Part shown: in pieces, positions 47,521 through 57,038 of the stretch
How the letters are laid out: every line of letters begins with the position of its first letter
Position numbering within the stretch: position 1 is the stretch's first letter
Made by a program: the position numbers and the translations under genes
The notes under the pieces: generated by a model
What the model saw: only the letters and a program-made list of their open reading frames with translations
What the model was told of the DNA's origin: nothing
The model's database searches: none
NCBI GenBank assembly: GCA_964350885.1
Contig: CAYGKV010000002.1
Coordinates: forward strand, 36,427 to 100,426
Direction: 5' to 3'
DNA length: 64,000 bases
From: an uncultured Candidatus Saccharibacteria bacterium
Lineage (GTDB): Bacteria > Patescibacteriota > Minisyncoccia > Phycocordibacterales > UBA2100

Positions 47521-47734
47521 ATATATTTATATATAAATACTATTACTACTATTAGTGGTGTTGATAGTGTGGAGAAGCTTGTTTCGTGTAATGGTTGTTG
47601 GTGTTTTTGAGTGTTTTGATTTGTTGAGAAGTGTTTGGGTTGGTGTTGGTTGTTTGGGGATAGTATTGATCGTGTAATTTTTATGTGGATTACGTGTTTT
47701 TGGCGCAGTGGATGTACACGTGATATCCACGGAG
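47521..47734. promoter_or_regulatory. Putative oriC: AT-rich block + period-3 TAY repeat + about 150-nt G/T-only tract with DnaA-box-like 9-mers, between dnaA and dnaN
   Basis: Seen directly. 47521-47537 is an AT-only block. 47538-47555 reads tac-tat-tac-tac-tat-tag (bottom strand TAA-TAG-TAG-TAA-TAG). 47556-47700 contains only 5-6 C residues. The 9-mers TGTGGAGAA (47567), TGTGGATTA (47684) and ATATCCACG (47722) are 1-2 mismatches from the TTATCCACA consensus. Confidence 0.55.
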
Positions 47735-49084
47735 TTATGCATGAATGAGTGTGCGAATATGGTCGAGTTCTTTTTCGAGCGCGATGTTTGTTCGCATCTC
47801 TTCTTTAATTTTTTCACATGAATGGATGACTGTTGTGTGGTCACGACCACCAAGCTTCTCTCCTATGGATGGATACGAAACACTAAATTCCTCACGTAAC
47901 ATATACATAATAATCTGTCGCGGCTTAACCACCTCTTTTTTGCGGGTCTTCTCATAGATACTTTTCTCGGCGATATCATAATACTGAGCAATTCGACGGA
48001 CTACCTCGTCGACCGAGACGCCACGGTTTGGCTTTACGTTGTGCTTGATGAGTGCTCGCACGTCTATATGAGAAACAACCTTCCCTTTTAGCTGAGATTT
48101 ACACACAATCATGTTGAGGACCCCCTCAAGCTCGCGGATATTCCCCCGCAAGTTCTCGGCGATATACTGGATGATGTCTTCGGGTATAGAGAAGCCATGC
48201 TGTTCTATCTTGGCCCGGATAATCGCAGTTCGTGACTCGATGTCGGGCTCCGGGATCTCAGCGATCATCCCCGCCCCAAACCGCCCCTTAAGGCGATCTT
48301 CGAGCCCCAGAAGAAGTGCGGGGTGTTTGTCGGAAGAGAAAACAATCTGCTTGTTGTTGTCGCGCATCGCGTTGAAAAGGTGGAACAACTCCTCCTGTGT
48401 TTTTTCCGTATTCGCAATGAACTGTACGTCGTCCATGATGAGGACGTCGTATTGTCGGTACTGATCTTTGAAATTGTTGGCGTGCCCTGCGCGCACCGCG
48501 TTGATGTAGTCTACCGAGAATCGCTCCGAAGTGACGTAAAGAACTTTTTTGTTGGCGTGTATTTTTTTGAAGTAGTTTCCCACCGCCTGGATGAGGTGTG
48601 TCTTGCCATGCCCCGTCGATCCGTAGATGAAAAGTGGGTTATAGGCGAGCCCTGGCCGGTCGAGTATTGCTTTTGCGGCAGCGTGCGCAAGCTCGTTGAA
48701 GGGGCCGACCACGAACGTCTCAAATGTATAGCGAGGATTTAGGTTATCGCGCTTATCAATGTAGAGGGCCTGGAGATCGAGCGCGGCATTTTCGGAGGCT
48801 TGTGTGTGCGAGGCCTTGCGTTCTGTCGGGGTAGAAGCAGAGCGATGCACAACATATTCGACGGTACGAATCGAGCTATCAAGACCCCGCAAGGCCTTGA
48901 GGATCAGTTTATGGTGCTTATCCATAAGCCACTCTTTGACGATCTTCGAGGGCACCGCCACGTGCACAACGCCGTTTTCATGGCTGGCCACGTCAGTGTT
49001 TCGAAACCACGTGCGGAATGAAGCTTCAGACGTTCCCAGCTCTATCTGAACGAGTGCGTTTTGCCACAATTCTCTGTTAGTCAT
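47735..49084 (-). CDS. dnaA: Chromosomal replication initiator DnaA (start moved to MTNRELWQ)
   Basis: Walker A LFIYGSTGHGKTHL, box VII/sensor motifs, and a C-terminal domain IV HTH (HTTVIHSCEKI). The ORF-track start at 49474 overlaps rpmH. The internal ATG at 49082-49084 yields a 449-aa DnaA. Confidence 0.9.
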   Translation of the reverse strand: MTNRELWQNALVQIELGTSEASFRTWFRNTDVASHENGVVHVAVPSKIVKEWLMDKHHKLILKALRGLDSSIRTVEYVVHRSASTPTERKASHTQASENAALDLQALYIDKRDNLNPRYTFETFVVGPFNELAHAAAKAILDRPGLAYNPLFIYGSTGHGKTHLIQAVGNYFKKIHANKKVLYVTSERFSVDYINAVRAGHANNFKDQYRQYDVLIMDDVQFIANTEKTQEELFHLFNAMRDNNKQIVFSSDKHPALLLGLEDRLKGRFGAGMIAEIPEPDIESRTAIIRAKIEQHGFSIPEDIIQYIAENLRGNIRELEGVLNMIVCKSQLKGKVVSHIDVRALIKHNVKPNRGVSVDEVVRRIAQYYDIAEKSIYEKTRKKEVVKPRQIIMYMLREEFSVSYPSIGEKLGGRDHTTVIHSCEKIKEEMRTNIALEKELDHIRTLIHA

Positions 49085-49349
49085 AAATGATATATGTATA
49101 CGTACGTGAGTTCGCGCATTATACGCGGCGCGTTTGCGAAAGAAAGGAAGGGCATGTCGTGCAGCGTTGTTCATAAGGTGTGGATAGGGTGGGGAGATGG
49201 GTTTCGCGAGCGCGATGCGCAAAAGGGTACGGGGCTTTGCCTGCTGGCAAACCCCTGAAGTCTCGCGCCGTCGCGCTCCGAACCCCCTTTTGCGCACCGC
49301 TCTCGCTCGGTGGGGTTGAAAAAAGGAAAAAATCGGGTATAGTGGTCCA

Positions 49350-49484
49350 ATGAAACGAACATGGCAGCCAAAGAAGCGCAAACGAGCAAAAACGCACGGC
49401 TTTCGTGCGCGTAGTATGACCAAGTCGGGTCGAAACGTTCTGGTACGCCGTCGCCGCAAGGGCCGCGCACGCATTTCGGTCTAG
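49350..49484 (+). CDS. rpmH: 50S ribosomal protein L34 (not in the ORF track, 44 aa)
   Basis: Hand translation gives [44 protein letters not shown], which is canonical L34. It lies immediately upstream of rnpA, as is universal. Confidence 0.85.
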   Translation: MKRTWQPKKRKRAKTHGFRARSMTKSGRNVLVRRRRKGRARISV

Positions 49485-49488
49485 AATA

Positions 49489-49866
49489 ATGCCATCAAAA
49501 CACCGGCTGTCGCACGCCGAACTCGTTCGCCTCTCGAAAATGAGAGTGGCGCGCACTCACGGGGCGCACTTTTCTCTCACCAGCGTGCTCTTCCCCGAGG
49601 GAGGGAGGCCTAAATTCGCATGTGTGGTGAGCAAGAAGATTGCGCTGCGCGCGGTTGATAGGAATCGCATACAACGTCGCTGTCGAGAGCTTGTCCGCAA
49701 TCAGATCAGCGCGCTTCATGAACCATATGCGCTTGTGTTGTATGCAAAGCGGGGTGCCTCAACCCTGTCATTTGAAGAGACTAGGAAGGATGTAGTGGCG
49801 CTGTTGGTGCGCTCTGGAGTGTTTGCATCAGGCGGCAGGCAGGATACAATCTCTGGAATACAATGA
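49489..49866 (+). CDS. rnpA: RNase P protein component
   Basis: About 125 aa basic protein with KFACVVSKKIALRAVDRNRIQRRCRE (the RNR motif). rpmH-rnpA-yidC synteny. Confidence 0.85.
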   Translation: MPSKHRLSHAELVRLSKMRVARTHGAHFSLTSVLFPEGGRPKFACVVSKKIALRAVDRNRIQRRCRELVRNQISALHEPYALVLYAKRGASTLSFEETRKDVVALLVRSGVFASGGRQDTISGIQ

Positions 49867-50597
49867 TCTCCCAGATTTTTCACGCAGTCGTGTATGACCC
49901 GTTGTACAACGGGCTTGTGTTTTTTGTTGAAATCATCCCGACGCACGATATGGGGCTTGCCGTGATCGCGGTTACGATTGTGGCCCGCTTCATCATCTAT
50001 CCCCTATCGCAACGGGCGATCCATGCGCAGATGGTGATGAAGAAGCTCGTCCCGGAGATCGAGAAACTCAAGGTGAAATTCAAAGATGATCGAGCAGAAC
50101 AGGGCCGGGCCATGTTTGCTCTGTATCGTGAACACGGCGTTCATCCCCTTGCGAGCATCGGCCTTCTCTTCGTTCAGCTACCGGTTTTGCTCGGGCTCTA
50201 CTGGGTTTTCTATAGCGGAGGGTTCCCGCAGGTTGATCCAGCTCTTCTCTACTCGTTTGTCCCTATGCCGACGGAAATCAACATGGAGTTTCTCGGTTTT
50301 GTGGACATGAGCGCAGATCGCAACATTGTCCTCGCACTCTTGGTGGCGCTCTCTCAACTTGTGTATTCTCGTCTCTCAATGGGGCCACGCCAGAAAGTGC
50401 TCGACGCGACGCCCGTCGAAGCATCGCTCTCAGGAGATTTCGCGAAGAGTTTTGATCTTCAGGCGCGGTATGTGTTTCCGATCCTCTTTGGCGGGATATC
50501 GTATTTTGTTGCTTCGGCGGTACCACTCTTTTGGCTTACGAGCAATCTTTTCATGATCGGCCAGGAGTTCGTCGCGGGGAGACGGTGGAAGGGGTAG
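49863..50597 (+). CDS. yidC: Membrane protein insertase YidC/Oxa1 (short form)
   Basis: 5-TM core. Overlaps the rnpA stop by 4 nt. Confidence 0.85.
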   Translation: MISQIFHAVVYDPLYNGLVFFVEIIPTHDMGLAVIAVTIVARFIIYPLSQRAIHAQMVMKKLVPEIEKLKVKFKDDRAEQGRAMFALYREHGVHPLASIGLLFVQLPVLLGLYWVFYSGGFPQVDPALLYSFVPMPTEINMEFLGFVDMSADRNIVLALLVALSQLVYSRLSMGPRQKVLDATPVEASLSGDFAKSFDLQARYVFPILFGGISYFVASAVPLFWLTSNLFMIGQEFVAGRRWKG

Positions 50598-50634
50598 TCT
50601 CGCCTCTTTGTAAAAGGCCGAGCAAAGGGGTATA

Positions 50635-51132
50635 GTGCCTCGCATGGAATCTGTCGAGACAATCATTAAAGAATTGCTTTCGAGACTCGATGTTCCGTTT
50701 ACCGGAGTTGAGCACAGCGCTATCGCGGGACAAGAAGTCTATTCCATACAAACAACCGCCGCGCAGGCTTTGATTGGCGTGCGGGGAGAGACGCTCCATG
50801 CACTCGACATGTTGGTGAAGAAGATATACGAAAAGAGCCTTCCTGCAGATGCGACCGATGCCGCGCTCTCCGCGCAGGTGGGAGAGCGTACGCCGATGTT
50901 TCTTATCGATGTCAACGATTATCGCACGAACCAAATAAAAGAATTGCAGACGAAAGCGCAGATGATGGCAGAGAGGGCGCGCTCCTTTCAGTACGACGTC
51001 GAGCTCTCCCCCATGAGCTCCTACGAACGCCTCATCGTCCACACGACATTGCAGGGTGCTCCAAACGTAAAGACGGTGTCGCAGGGTGAGGGGCGAAATC
51101 GCAGAGTGGTGATTAAGTATTCAACAGAATGA
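50635..51132 (+). CDS. Jag/KhpB (KH + R3H RNA-binding protein)
   Basis: Conserved rnpA-yidC-jag order. KH-like GVRGETLHALDMLVKK and a C-terminal R3H-like SYERLIVHTTL. Confidence 0.75.
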   Translation: MPRMESVETIIKELLSRLDVPFTGVEHSAIAGQEVYSIQTTAAQALIGVRGETLHALDMLVKKIYEKSLPADATDAALSAQVGERTPMFLIDVNDYRTNQIKELQTKAQMMAERARSFQYDVELSPMSSYERLIVHTTLQGAPNVKTVSQGEGRNRRVVIKYSTE

Positions 51133-51137
51133 AGTGT

Positions 51138-51980
51138 TTATCTTGCGATTAAGCTTGCCGCGTCCCCGCTCTCGTTTTCACAGTCTCCGATGCTCGAGTT
51201 AAAGCGTGGGTAACCATCTGGACAAGAGAAACCGGAACTCGGCGCTATGTAAAATGACCCGTTTGTTCTTTTGCAAAGCCCTCCCCCGTCGTATGTATCG
51301 TTTTGCGAACACGTTAACTGAGCAGCCCTGAAGACGCACGTTCCGTACGCTGAATCAGCGTACGTACTCATTTGAGCAGCAAGCGTATCACAGACGACTT
51401 TGCCGTCTGCCCCGCTGTAACATCTTTCTCCTCCTGGCGTTTGTGTGCACCACTTGTCGACGGAGGAATTTTGGTCAACTCCCTGCGCGTCAAAGCTCGC
51501 CGGAGGCGCTACTCCGCTATCCCCGTCCACTCCCGGGTGTGCCTGAGAGGTCGGTGAAGTCACTGAATTCTCTCCGATCACATCTAGTGCCTTCAGGCTC
51601 AAAATATCCGGATTGATCTGGTTCAAAATAATCCAAATCGAGAGGAGAAGGAGAAGTCCGAAGGTTACGTCTCCAAGAATTGCTTTTGCTTCACCTTTTT
51701 TACTCCACATGTCCGATTGGCCCATGTAGAGATATCCTGCGTATGCTATTCGCAACACAGCCGCAATTGCGCCGATAATTATCGCGAACCTAAAGAGGCT
51801 GTTGATAAAATCAGAGAAGCTGCCTGGTGTATTATTGTAGAGTTCCCCGAGAGGTCCTCCTTGTGTCCCCGCGAGGGGCACAAATGCGGTCTCAGCGGCA
51901 TACGCCACATATGCCATGGTCAGTAAACTGGCGAACGTGATAAGCGATATAATTCCGATTTGGAAAGAGGCTCGACGCAT
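51138..51980 (-). CDS. VirB2/TrbC-like pilin-fold protein (signal peptide + two hydrophobic helices) with a about 150-aa Cys-rich C-terminal extension
   Basis: Signal peptide MRRASFQIGIISLITFASLLTMAYVAYA. Helix 1 FRFAIIIGAIAAVLRIAYAGYLYM and helix 2 VTFGLLLLLSIWIILNQ. The C-terminal half has about 11 Cys. Last gene of the T4SS-like cluster. Confidence 0.5.
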   Translation of the reverse strand: MRRASFQIGIISLITFASLLTMAYVAYAAETAFVPLAGTQGGPLGELYNNTPGSFSDFINSLFRFAIIIGAIAAVLRIAYAGYLYMGQSDMWSKKGEAKAILGDVTFGLLLLLSIWIILNQINPDILSLKALDVIGENSVTSPTSQAHPGVDGDSGVAPPASFDAQGVDQNSSVDKWCTQTPGGERCYSGADGKVVCDTLAAQMSTYADSAYGTCVFRAAQLTCSQNDTYDGGGLCKRTNGSFYIAPSSGFSCPDGYPRFNSSIGDCENESGDAASLIAR

Positions 51981-51982
51981 AT

Positions 51983-53377
51983 TTATTCTTCAATTCGCAA
52001 GAGCCACAGTGATTTGTCAGCGGCGTTCATAAAGGCAAGGTGTGTTCCGGCTCTGCTAATCGTGAGGTTTTCCATATCTATCGAAGTGCCCGGTTCAGGC
52101 GCGTACAGTATTTCGGCCGTGCCAGCGTTCGTGTCTACTCGCCACAGCACATCTGATGAGTGTGTGGCGCCGCGGTACCAATCGTCGAGGAAGTATCGTG
52201 CCGTAATCCCCTGCGGTACACCGCAGTAAGCCACGGAACTTCTCCCAGGCAACCACACACACTTGTCCGCAATCGTTCGGACAGGTAAGCGGATCATGGT
52301 ACTGCTTGCTTGTGTGTGCGCGAATAAGGTGAGTGCGCCGCCGCTCGATTGTCCGTACAAAAATGCGCCGCCTTCTCTTCCAAGAACGGTGAGTCCGGGG
52401 ATTGAGCGAATGAGTGGGGAGAGCACTCCACTGCTCGTCATTTCGTACGCATAACCGGGCGTGTCGTCGCTTGCCGCTTGCGTGAGGATAATGCGTCCAT
52501 CCGAGAGCCACTGCGAGCGCCAATTTGGTAGAACAGAAGTAAAGATACGCTTTGGTTCGTCGCCATTCCACTTAGAAAGGATCCCGACTGTCCCCAGTCC
52601 TTCGCGAACGAGATAAAACAGGGCGCCTGTTTTTGGGTTTGAAGTGATGTGCATGATGTTTTGCGCGAGGGAAACGTTGGATAGCGTAGCTGACTCGGTT
52701 GCGGTCGAGCCCTCGCCCGTGCTCGTCGAAATTGAACCGACGATCGTTACGATGTCCCCGCTATCGTTCAGTGAGCGTTGCACGATACGCCCGTTCGTGA
52801 AGAATGCCTCCTGGATTTTCGGCAAGAGCGTATTTGTGACTCGGAGCGTCGTCGCCGTCTCAGGATCGGTCTCAAATACATATCCACTTGAGCGCTCGAC
52901 ATACTGCAATCGTTCGCCCTTTCTTGTTTGCACAAAAGACAAGCCAGCCACGGGCTTGTTGTGAATTTGCGAGAATTGTGGCGGGCGCTTAATCGCAGGA
53001 ACGGGAGACTCTCCTGTCGTAACCGATAGCGTAGTCTCTTCGTCGGTCGGCCCTTCTGAGATCCCCGCGGTGAATCCATCGAGAGATGCGGGGTCAGTTA
53101 CTCCCGTCCCCTCTCCTCCGATTATTGAATTCAAGAGTCGGGAGAAGATCCCTGCCTCTGATTTTGGAGCAAAATCTGTTTGCGGAGCCGTACCCTTAAG
53201 AGCCGACACGCCGGTCACACCCGAGCCCCCTTGAGGTGCCCGGTAGCCACGTGCGGTCGCTTCTTGCAAGACTTCCCGTGATTGTGTTTTAAGAAAGAAG
53301 TACCAGCCAGAAAACGCGCCGAGAATGAGGATGATCGTGGCCGCAAGAGCATAGGTGATGATGGTTTGTGTGCGCAT
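51983..53377 (-). CDS. Membrane-anchored extracytoplasmic protein, hypothetical (repeat-rich, possibly a beta-propeller)
   Basis: Single N-terminal TM, then 430 aa rich in Thr/Ser/Gly. No family assigned. The start overlaps the upstream gene by 1 nt. Confidence 0.5.
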   Translation of the reverse strand: MRTQTIITYALAATIILILGAFSGWYFFLKTQSREVLQEATARGYRAPQGGSGVTGVSALKGTAPQTDFAPKSEAGIFSRLLNSIIGGEGTGVTDPASLDGFTAGISEGPTDEETTLSVTTGESPVPAIKRPPQFSQIHNKPVAGLSFVQTRKGERLQYVERSSGYVFETDPETATTLRVTNTLLPKIQEAFFTNGRIVQRSLNDSGDIVTIVGSISTSTGEGSTATESATLSNVSLAQNIMHITSNPKTGALFYLVREGLGTVGILSKWNGDEPKRIFTSVLPNWRSQWLSDGRIILTQAASDDTPGYAYEMTSSGVLSPLIRSIPGLTVLGREGGAFLYGQSSGGALTLFAHTQASSTMIRLPVRTIADKCVWLPGRSSVAYCGVPQGITARYFLDDWYRGATHSSDVLWRVDTNAGTAEILYAPEPGTSIDMENLTISRAGTHLAFMNAADKSLWLLRIEE

Positions 53378-53379
53378 AC

Positions 53380-54432
53380 CTATTGCTCGAAGCTGCCAAA
53401 CTGATCAATAGCCGAGGTGTCTTCCGAGAAGGTGACTCCCCACGATCCCCTTGAGTCCAGATAGTAATTTGTGCTGTGCGCTAAGGTTAGGTTGAGGAGT
53501 GCGATACCACGTGAATTTGCCGCATTGATCGTTATCTTATCTTGACGAGCGTTTGGTACTAGGCGACCGTTGATCCGCCATTCATAGGAGAGCGCAGGGT
53601 CTTCGGCGTGTGTCGCCTGCGCAAAATACGGCACTGCTACGAAGGTCATTTCTGAGCCAGGGACAAACGTGTTTGCGCCGAGCGCCTTGTAGTACATAAC
53701 GCCAAATAGTGGGTGGTCTTGGTACAGGGTGAGGAGGGGCTTCGCAGGAGAGAGAGAAAAGGACGCTTCGTTTACTAATACTCCATCAAGTGAATGCGCC
53801 TCGACGGTGATTTGGTCGGTACCGAAGAGGTTTTGCACAGGAATGATGGCGCTTGACTTGCCTCGCCCCGAGGCGCTGCCAAGAACCTCGCCGTTCTTTT
53901 TCCAGATGAAATTGATCTCGGAATCCGTGAGGTTCGATCCTCCTCTCCTGAAAAGTGGAGCTGCCTGCAGGCGTAGACTGGTCCCTGCTGAGGCGCGTGG
54001 ACGGCCGCGGTAGAAGGGCGGGATGTATGCACTGGAGTCTGATAGAAGATCGATATGGGTGGGGGCAATCGTAGCGCGTGCGATGGCGCTCAGCTCATCT
54101 GGCGCAGCTACGGAGATTTCGACCTCAGTCTCTGTCCCCAGAGTTCCAGCGACAATATTTGCAGTTGTAACACCCTTTCCCCTCGCGATTATTTCACCAT
54201 TCGCGCGCCACACGAGTTCGGATTGTTCGAGATCGAGAATCGAGCTCTGTGCTTCCAGGAGAACCGTGTCTTGTGGCGCTGGATATCGCGGGGTGTAGGT
54301 GATCAGCACAGAATTTTCTATTCCCATGAGCCCCACCTGTGCGTACGTTGGTGCGACGAATATGCCACACATCCCGAGCACTCCCACGAAGAGAGCAACG
54401 TTTCTGCGCGTGCTACCACTCGACGTGTTCAT
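53380..54432 (-). CDS. Secreted hypothetical protein
   Basis: Signal peptide ...GIFVAPTYAQV. The ATGA overlap with the VirB4 gene suggests translational coupling. Confidence 0.5.
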   Translation of the reverse strand: MNTSSGSTRRNVALFVGVLGMCGIFVAPTYAQVGLMGIENSVLITYTPRYPAPQDTVLLEAQSSILDLEQSELVWRANGEIIARGKGVTTANIVAGTLGTETEVEISVAAPDELSAIARATIAPTHIDLLSDSSAYIPPFYRGRPRASAGTSLRLQAAPLFRRGGSNLTDSEINFIWKKNGEVLGSASGRGKSSAIIPVQNLFGTDQITVEAHSLDGVLVNEASFSLSPAKPLLTLYQDHPLFGVMYYKALGANTFVPGSEMTFVAVPYFAQATHAEDPALSYEWRINGRLVPNARQDKITINAANSRGIALLNLTLAHSTNYYLDSRGSWGVTFSEDTSAIDQFGSFEQ

Positions 54433-56363
54433 TGTGCTGTTGGAGCAGCGGGAGGCTGCGGGTTGAAATTTACCGGAGCGGATTGAACCCGAGTAGCTTC
54501 GGCCGTGGTGTTTTCGGCGTTTATCCTAGCGACGTCCTGCCCCGCGTCATTTGCCTCGGCGAGTTCTTGTTTTGCTTTTTTGATGGCGAGGATTTGCGAC
54601 GGATCGGAGGTGATGATCTGATCCTCGGTGTAGGAGGCAATTACTTTGATCGCTACGTGTTTCAATCCTGCAAAGAAGATCCCCTCCCCCACGTCCGATT
54701 CTAGGAGTAGATACTTTTCCTCATCCGACAGTTTGAATGTTTGTTGGACGAGGTCTACTGATGTCGGTGATTGTCGTAGGAGAAGCTGGATAGAGGAGTT
54801 CGTAATCATTGCGGTACCGTACGGAGATGTTAGGAAGTCGTTTACGTCTTGCGTGATCGTCGAGAGTCCCAGGTAGTATTTACGTCCACGCTTTGCAATT
54901 CCGAAGAGAAACGATGCCGTGTCTTGCGATTTCATCATCCACCACGCCTCGTCGATGATGAGGAGACGCTTGCGGAGCTCTTTACGCACGGCATTCCAAA
55001 TGTGGTGTGTAATGATGTACATTGCAACGGGCTTCAAGTCGTCCTCCATGTCGCGTACGGAGAAAACGACAAGTTTTTTGTTCATATCGACGTTGGTCGG
55101 ACGATTCATAAATCCAGACCACGTGCCCTTGGTGTACTTTGAGAGCCGTGCGACCAGTGAGTCAGAGCCTTCCATACCAGAGAGCACCAGTTCGAAATCC
55201 GAGAGGAGCGGTGGCTCAATTGAGGCGAAATTCGCATCTGCCGTAATGTCTTTCAAAGCGTACGTTTCAGTGATGGCGCGGTCGATCACCGCGTCTTCCT
55301 CCGGCGTGAGGCCTCCGAGCATGATGCGGAAGAGGCCGACCAGCGTGATGATGTTGCTGCGCAAAATATCGGATGGATTTTCATCCTCGCGAGGGATTGG
55401 GAGATCAAAAGGATTGATGTGGTGTTCGGAAGAGAGGGAGATGTTGAAATATCGTCCGCCGACGGTGGTTGCCAGGTATTCATACTCACGCTCAGGGTCG
55501 ATCACAATCACTTCGGTATCAAACATGAGGCTGCGTAATATCTCGAGCTTTGTCGTGTAAGATTTACCGGCGCCTGATTTTGCAAACGTTACGGAGTTGT
55601 AATTTTCGAGTGAAAAACGATCAAACAATATGAGTGAAGAGTTGTGTCTGTTGATGCCGTAAAGAATTCCTCGATCGGACGTGAGGTCGAATGAGATAAA
55701 GGGGAAAATGGAAGACAGCGGCGCAGAATTGAGTTTGGTGTGGACATTGATCTCATCCATCGCAAGCGGAATCACCGAGCGGAACCCCTGCTCCTGTTGG
55801 AAGAGCGCAGGTCGGATGTAGACGAGGCGTGATTCGAGGATCGAACGTACCTCGGTTTCCACTTTGTCGATCTCCTCTCGCGTGCTTCCGTAGATGGTGA
55901 GGTACAGGCCCACCTCGAATATACGCTCCTGCGCCTGTTGGAGCGAATTGCGTAGCTGCTCAAGGTCGGTGTAGGCGGTGTCGAGCATAGGATCGCGCAC
56001 CATTCCCTTCCCTTCTCGCGAACTAATCTGACTCTGCACCTCAGCGACTTTCTTCTGGAATTTCCTCAGCATTTCATTCGTGTCCATGGGGTGAATGAAA
56101 ATAGAAATATCGATCACCTTGTCCATGTTGATGATCGGAGCAAACCAGCCTGTGGTAAGGAAGCGCGGATAGGAAATGACAAAAAATGTGCGCGCGATCT
56201 TCTCTCCAAGGTCAAGCTCGCGCGAGCTGATCCGAAGCGCGTGCGGAGCTATCACATCCTGTAAATCCAAGATGCCCGATTTATAAATTTCTTCTGGAAG
56301 GACGGGTAATACATTCGGGCTTTCCGTCGGTTTCCTCCGTTTGAATAAGTCTATGAGTGCCAT
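54429..56363 (-). CDS. VirB4/TrbE/TraC-family type IV secretion ATPase (C-terminal about 640 aa)
   Basis: Walker A VTFAKSGAGKSYTTK and Walker B LLIIDEAWWMMKSQD (DEAW is typical of VirB4). Confidence 0.85.
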   Translation of the reverse strand: MALIDLFKRRKPTESPNVLPVLPEEIYKSGILDLQDVIAPHALRISSRELDLGEKIARTFFVISYPRFLTTGWFAPIINMDKVIDISIFIHPMDTNEMLRKFQKKVAEVQSQISSREGKGMVRDPMLDTAYTDLEQLRNSLQQAQERIFEVGLYLTIYGSTREEIDKVETEVRSILESRLVYIRPALFQQEQGFRSVIPLAMDEINVHTKLNSAPLSSIFPFISFDLTSDRGILYGINRHNSSLILFDRFSLENYNSVTFAKSGAGKSYTTKLEILRSLMFDTEVIVIDPEREYEYLATTVGGRYFNISLSSEHHINPFDLPIPREDENPSDILRSNIITLVGLFRIMLGGLTPEEDAVIDRAITETYALKDITADANFASIEPPLLSDFELVLSGMEGSDSLVARLSKYTKGTWSGFMNRPTNVDMNKKLVVFSVRDMEDDLKPVAMYIITHHIWNAVRKELRKRLLIIDEAWWMMKSQDTASFLFGIAKRGRKYYLGLSTITQDVNDFLTSPYGTAMITNSSIQLLLRQSPTSVDLVQQTFKLSDEEKYLLLESDVGEGIFFAGLKHVAIKVIASYTEDQIITSDPSQILAIKKAKQELAEANDAGQDVARINAENTTAEATRVQSAPVNFNPQPPAAPTAQ

Positions 56364-56369
56364 ACGTAT

Positions 56370-57029
56370 TTATTTCTCGATCGTTATCGGCTTTCCCTCT
56401 TCTCCAGGGTTGAACATCTTGTAGAGGAGCTCAATAGCTTCTTCCGTCCCCAGCTGCACGGTGCGCACCCCGGTGCGCACGAGACCCTGCTGCACGATTG
56501 AGATGCGTTGTTCGAGCTGGGAGACTTGCTCTTCGAACGTTCGGTTGGATTCTTCAGAGCTTTTCGTTTTCTTTCCAAAGGGGAGGAGCGAGCTGATCCC
56601 CTTTCCTGTGATAGCGATAGATGGAGAGTATGGGACGCTGATAAAGAAATTTTTTGTCATGATATTCGCCGCTTCAGTGAAGCTCTTGATGAATTGGATG
56701 TATTCGCGGATCTGTATTCGCATGAGGTCGTCAAGCTGCGCTTTGTATGCGACCTCGAGCGTTTCGATGTATGGGCGAATATCGAGCATGCGCGATTGTA
56801 CGAATATTTGCACTGAAAAATCGAGCGAGTTGAGGAAGTTTTGGAACTGTATGATAAAGGCGGTTTGTTCATCCTCTGATTTCAGTGCGAAGTTGAGTGA
56901 AGATGCAAGGAGGATCGCTCGCAGGCTACCGTCTTTGAGGACGATGACACCGTCGCGGACCTCGGAAACAGGCAGGAAATCCTGTGTAGATTTGGCACTT
57001 GCGCGCGGGTTTTTGTTTTGTGTAGGCAT
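56370..57029 (-). CDS. VirB4 N-terminal-domain-like protein encoded as a separate ORF 6 nt upstream of the ATPase
   Basis: FLPVSEVRDGVIVLKDGSLRAILLASSLNFALKSEDEQ resembles the start of VirB4/TraC N-domains. A TAA stop at 56370-56372 is followed by an ATG at 56361-56363 in a different frame. Confidence 0.5.
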   Translation of the reverse strand: MPTQNKNPRASAKSTQDFLPVSEVRDGVIVLKDGSLRAILLASSLNFALKSEDEQTAFIIQFQNFLNSLDFSVQIFVQSRMLDIRPYIETLEVAYKAQLDDLMRIQIREYIQFIKSFTEAANIMTKNFFISVPYSPSIAITGKGISSLLPFGKKTKSSEESNRTFEEQVSQLEQRISIVQQGLVRTGVRTVQLGTEEAIELLYKMFNPGEEGKPITIEK

Positions 57030-57038
57030 GGCGCATTA

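Noticed and set aside
47527-47853. 108-aa minus-strand ORF across the dnaA-dnaN spacer
   Set aside because: Its translation is low-complexity Thr/Asn/Lys from the C/A-only strand of the putative oriC tract. It overlaps the dnaA 3' end and has no RBS. It is a compositional artefact.
54919-55560. 213-aa plus ORF (and 54849-55142, 54646-54876)
   Set aside because: Antisense inside the VirB4 ATPase gene.
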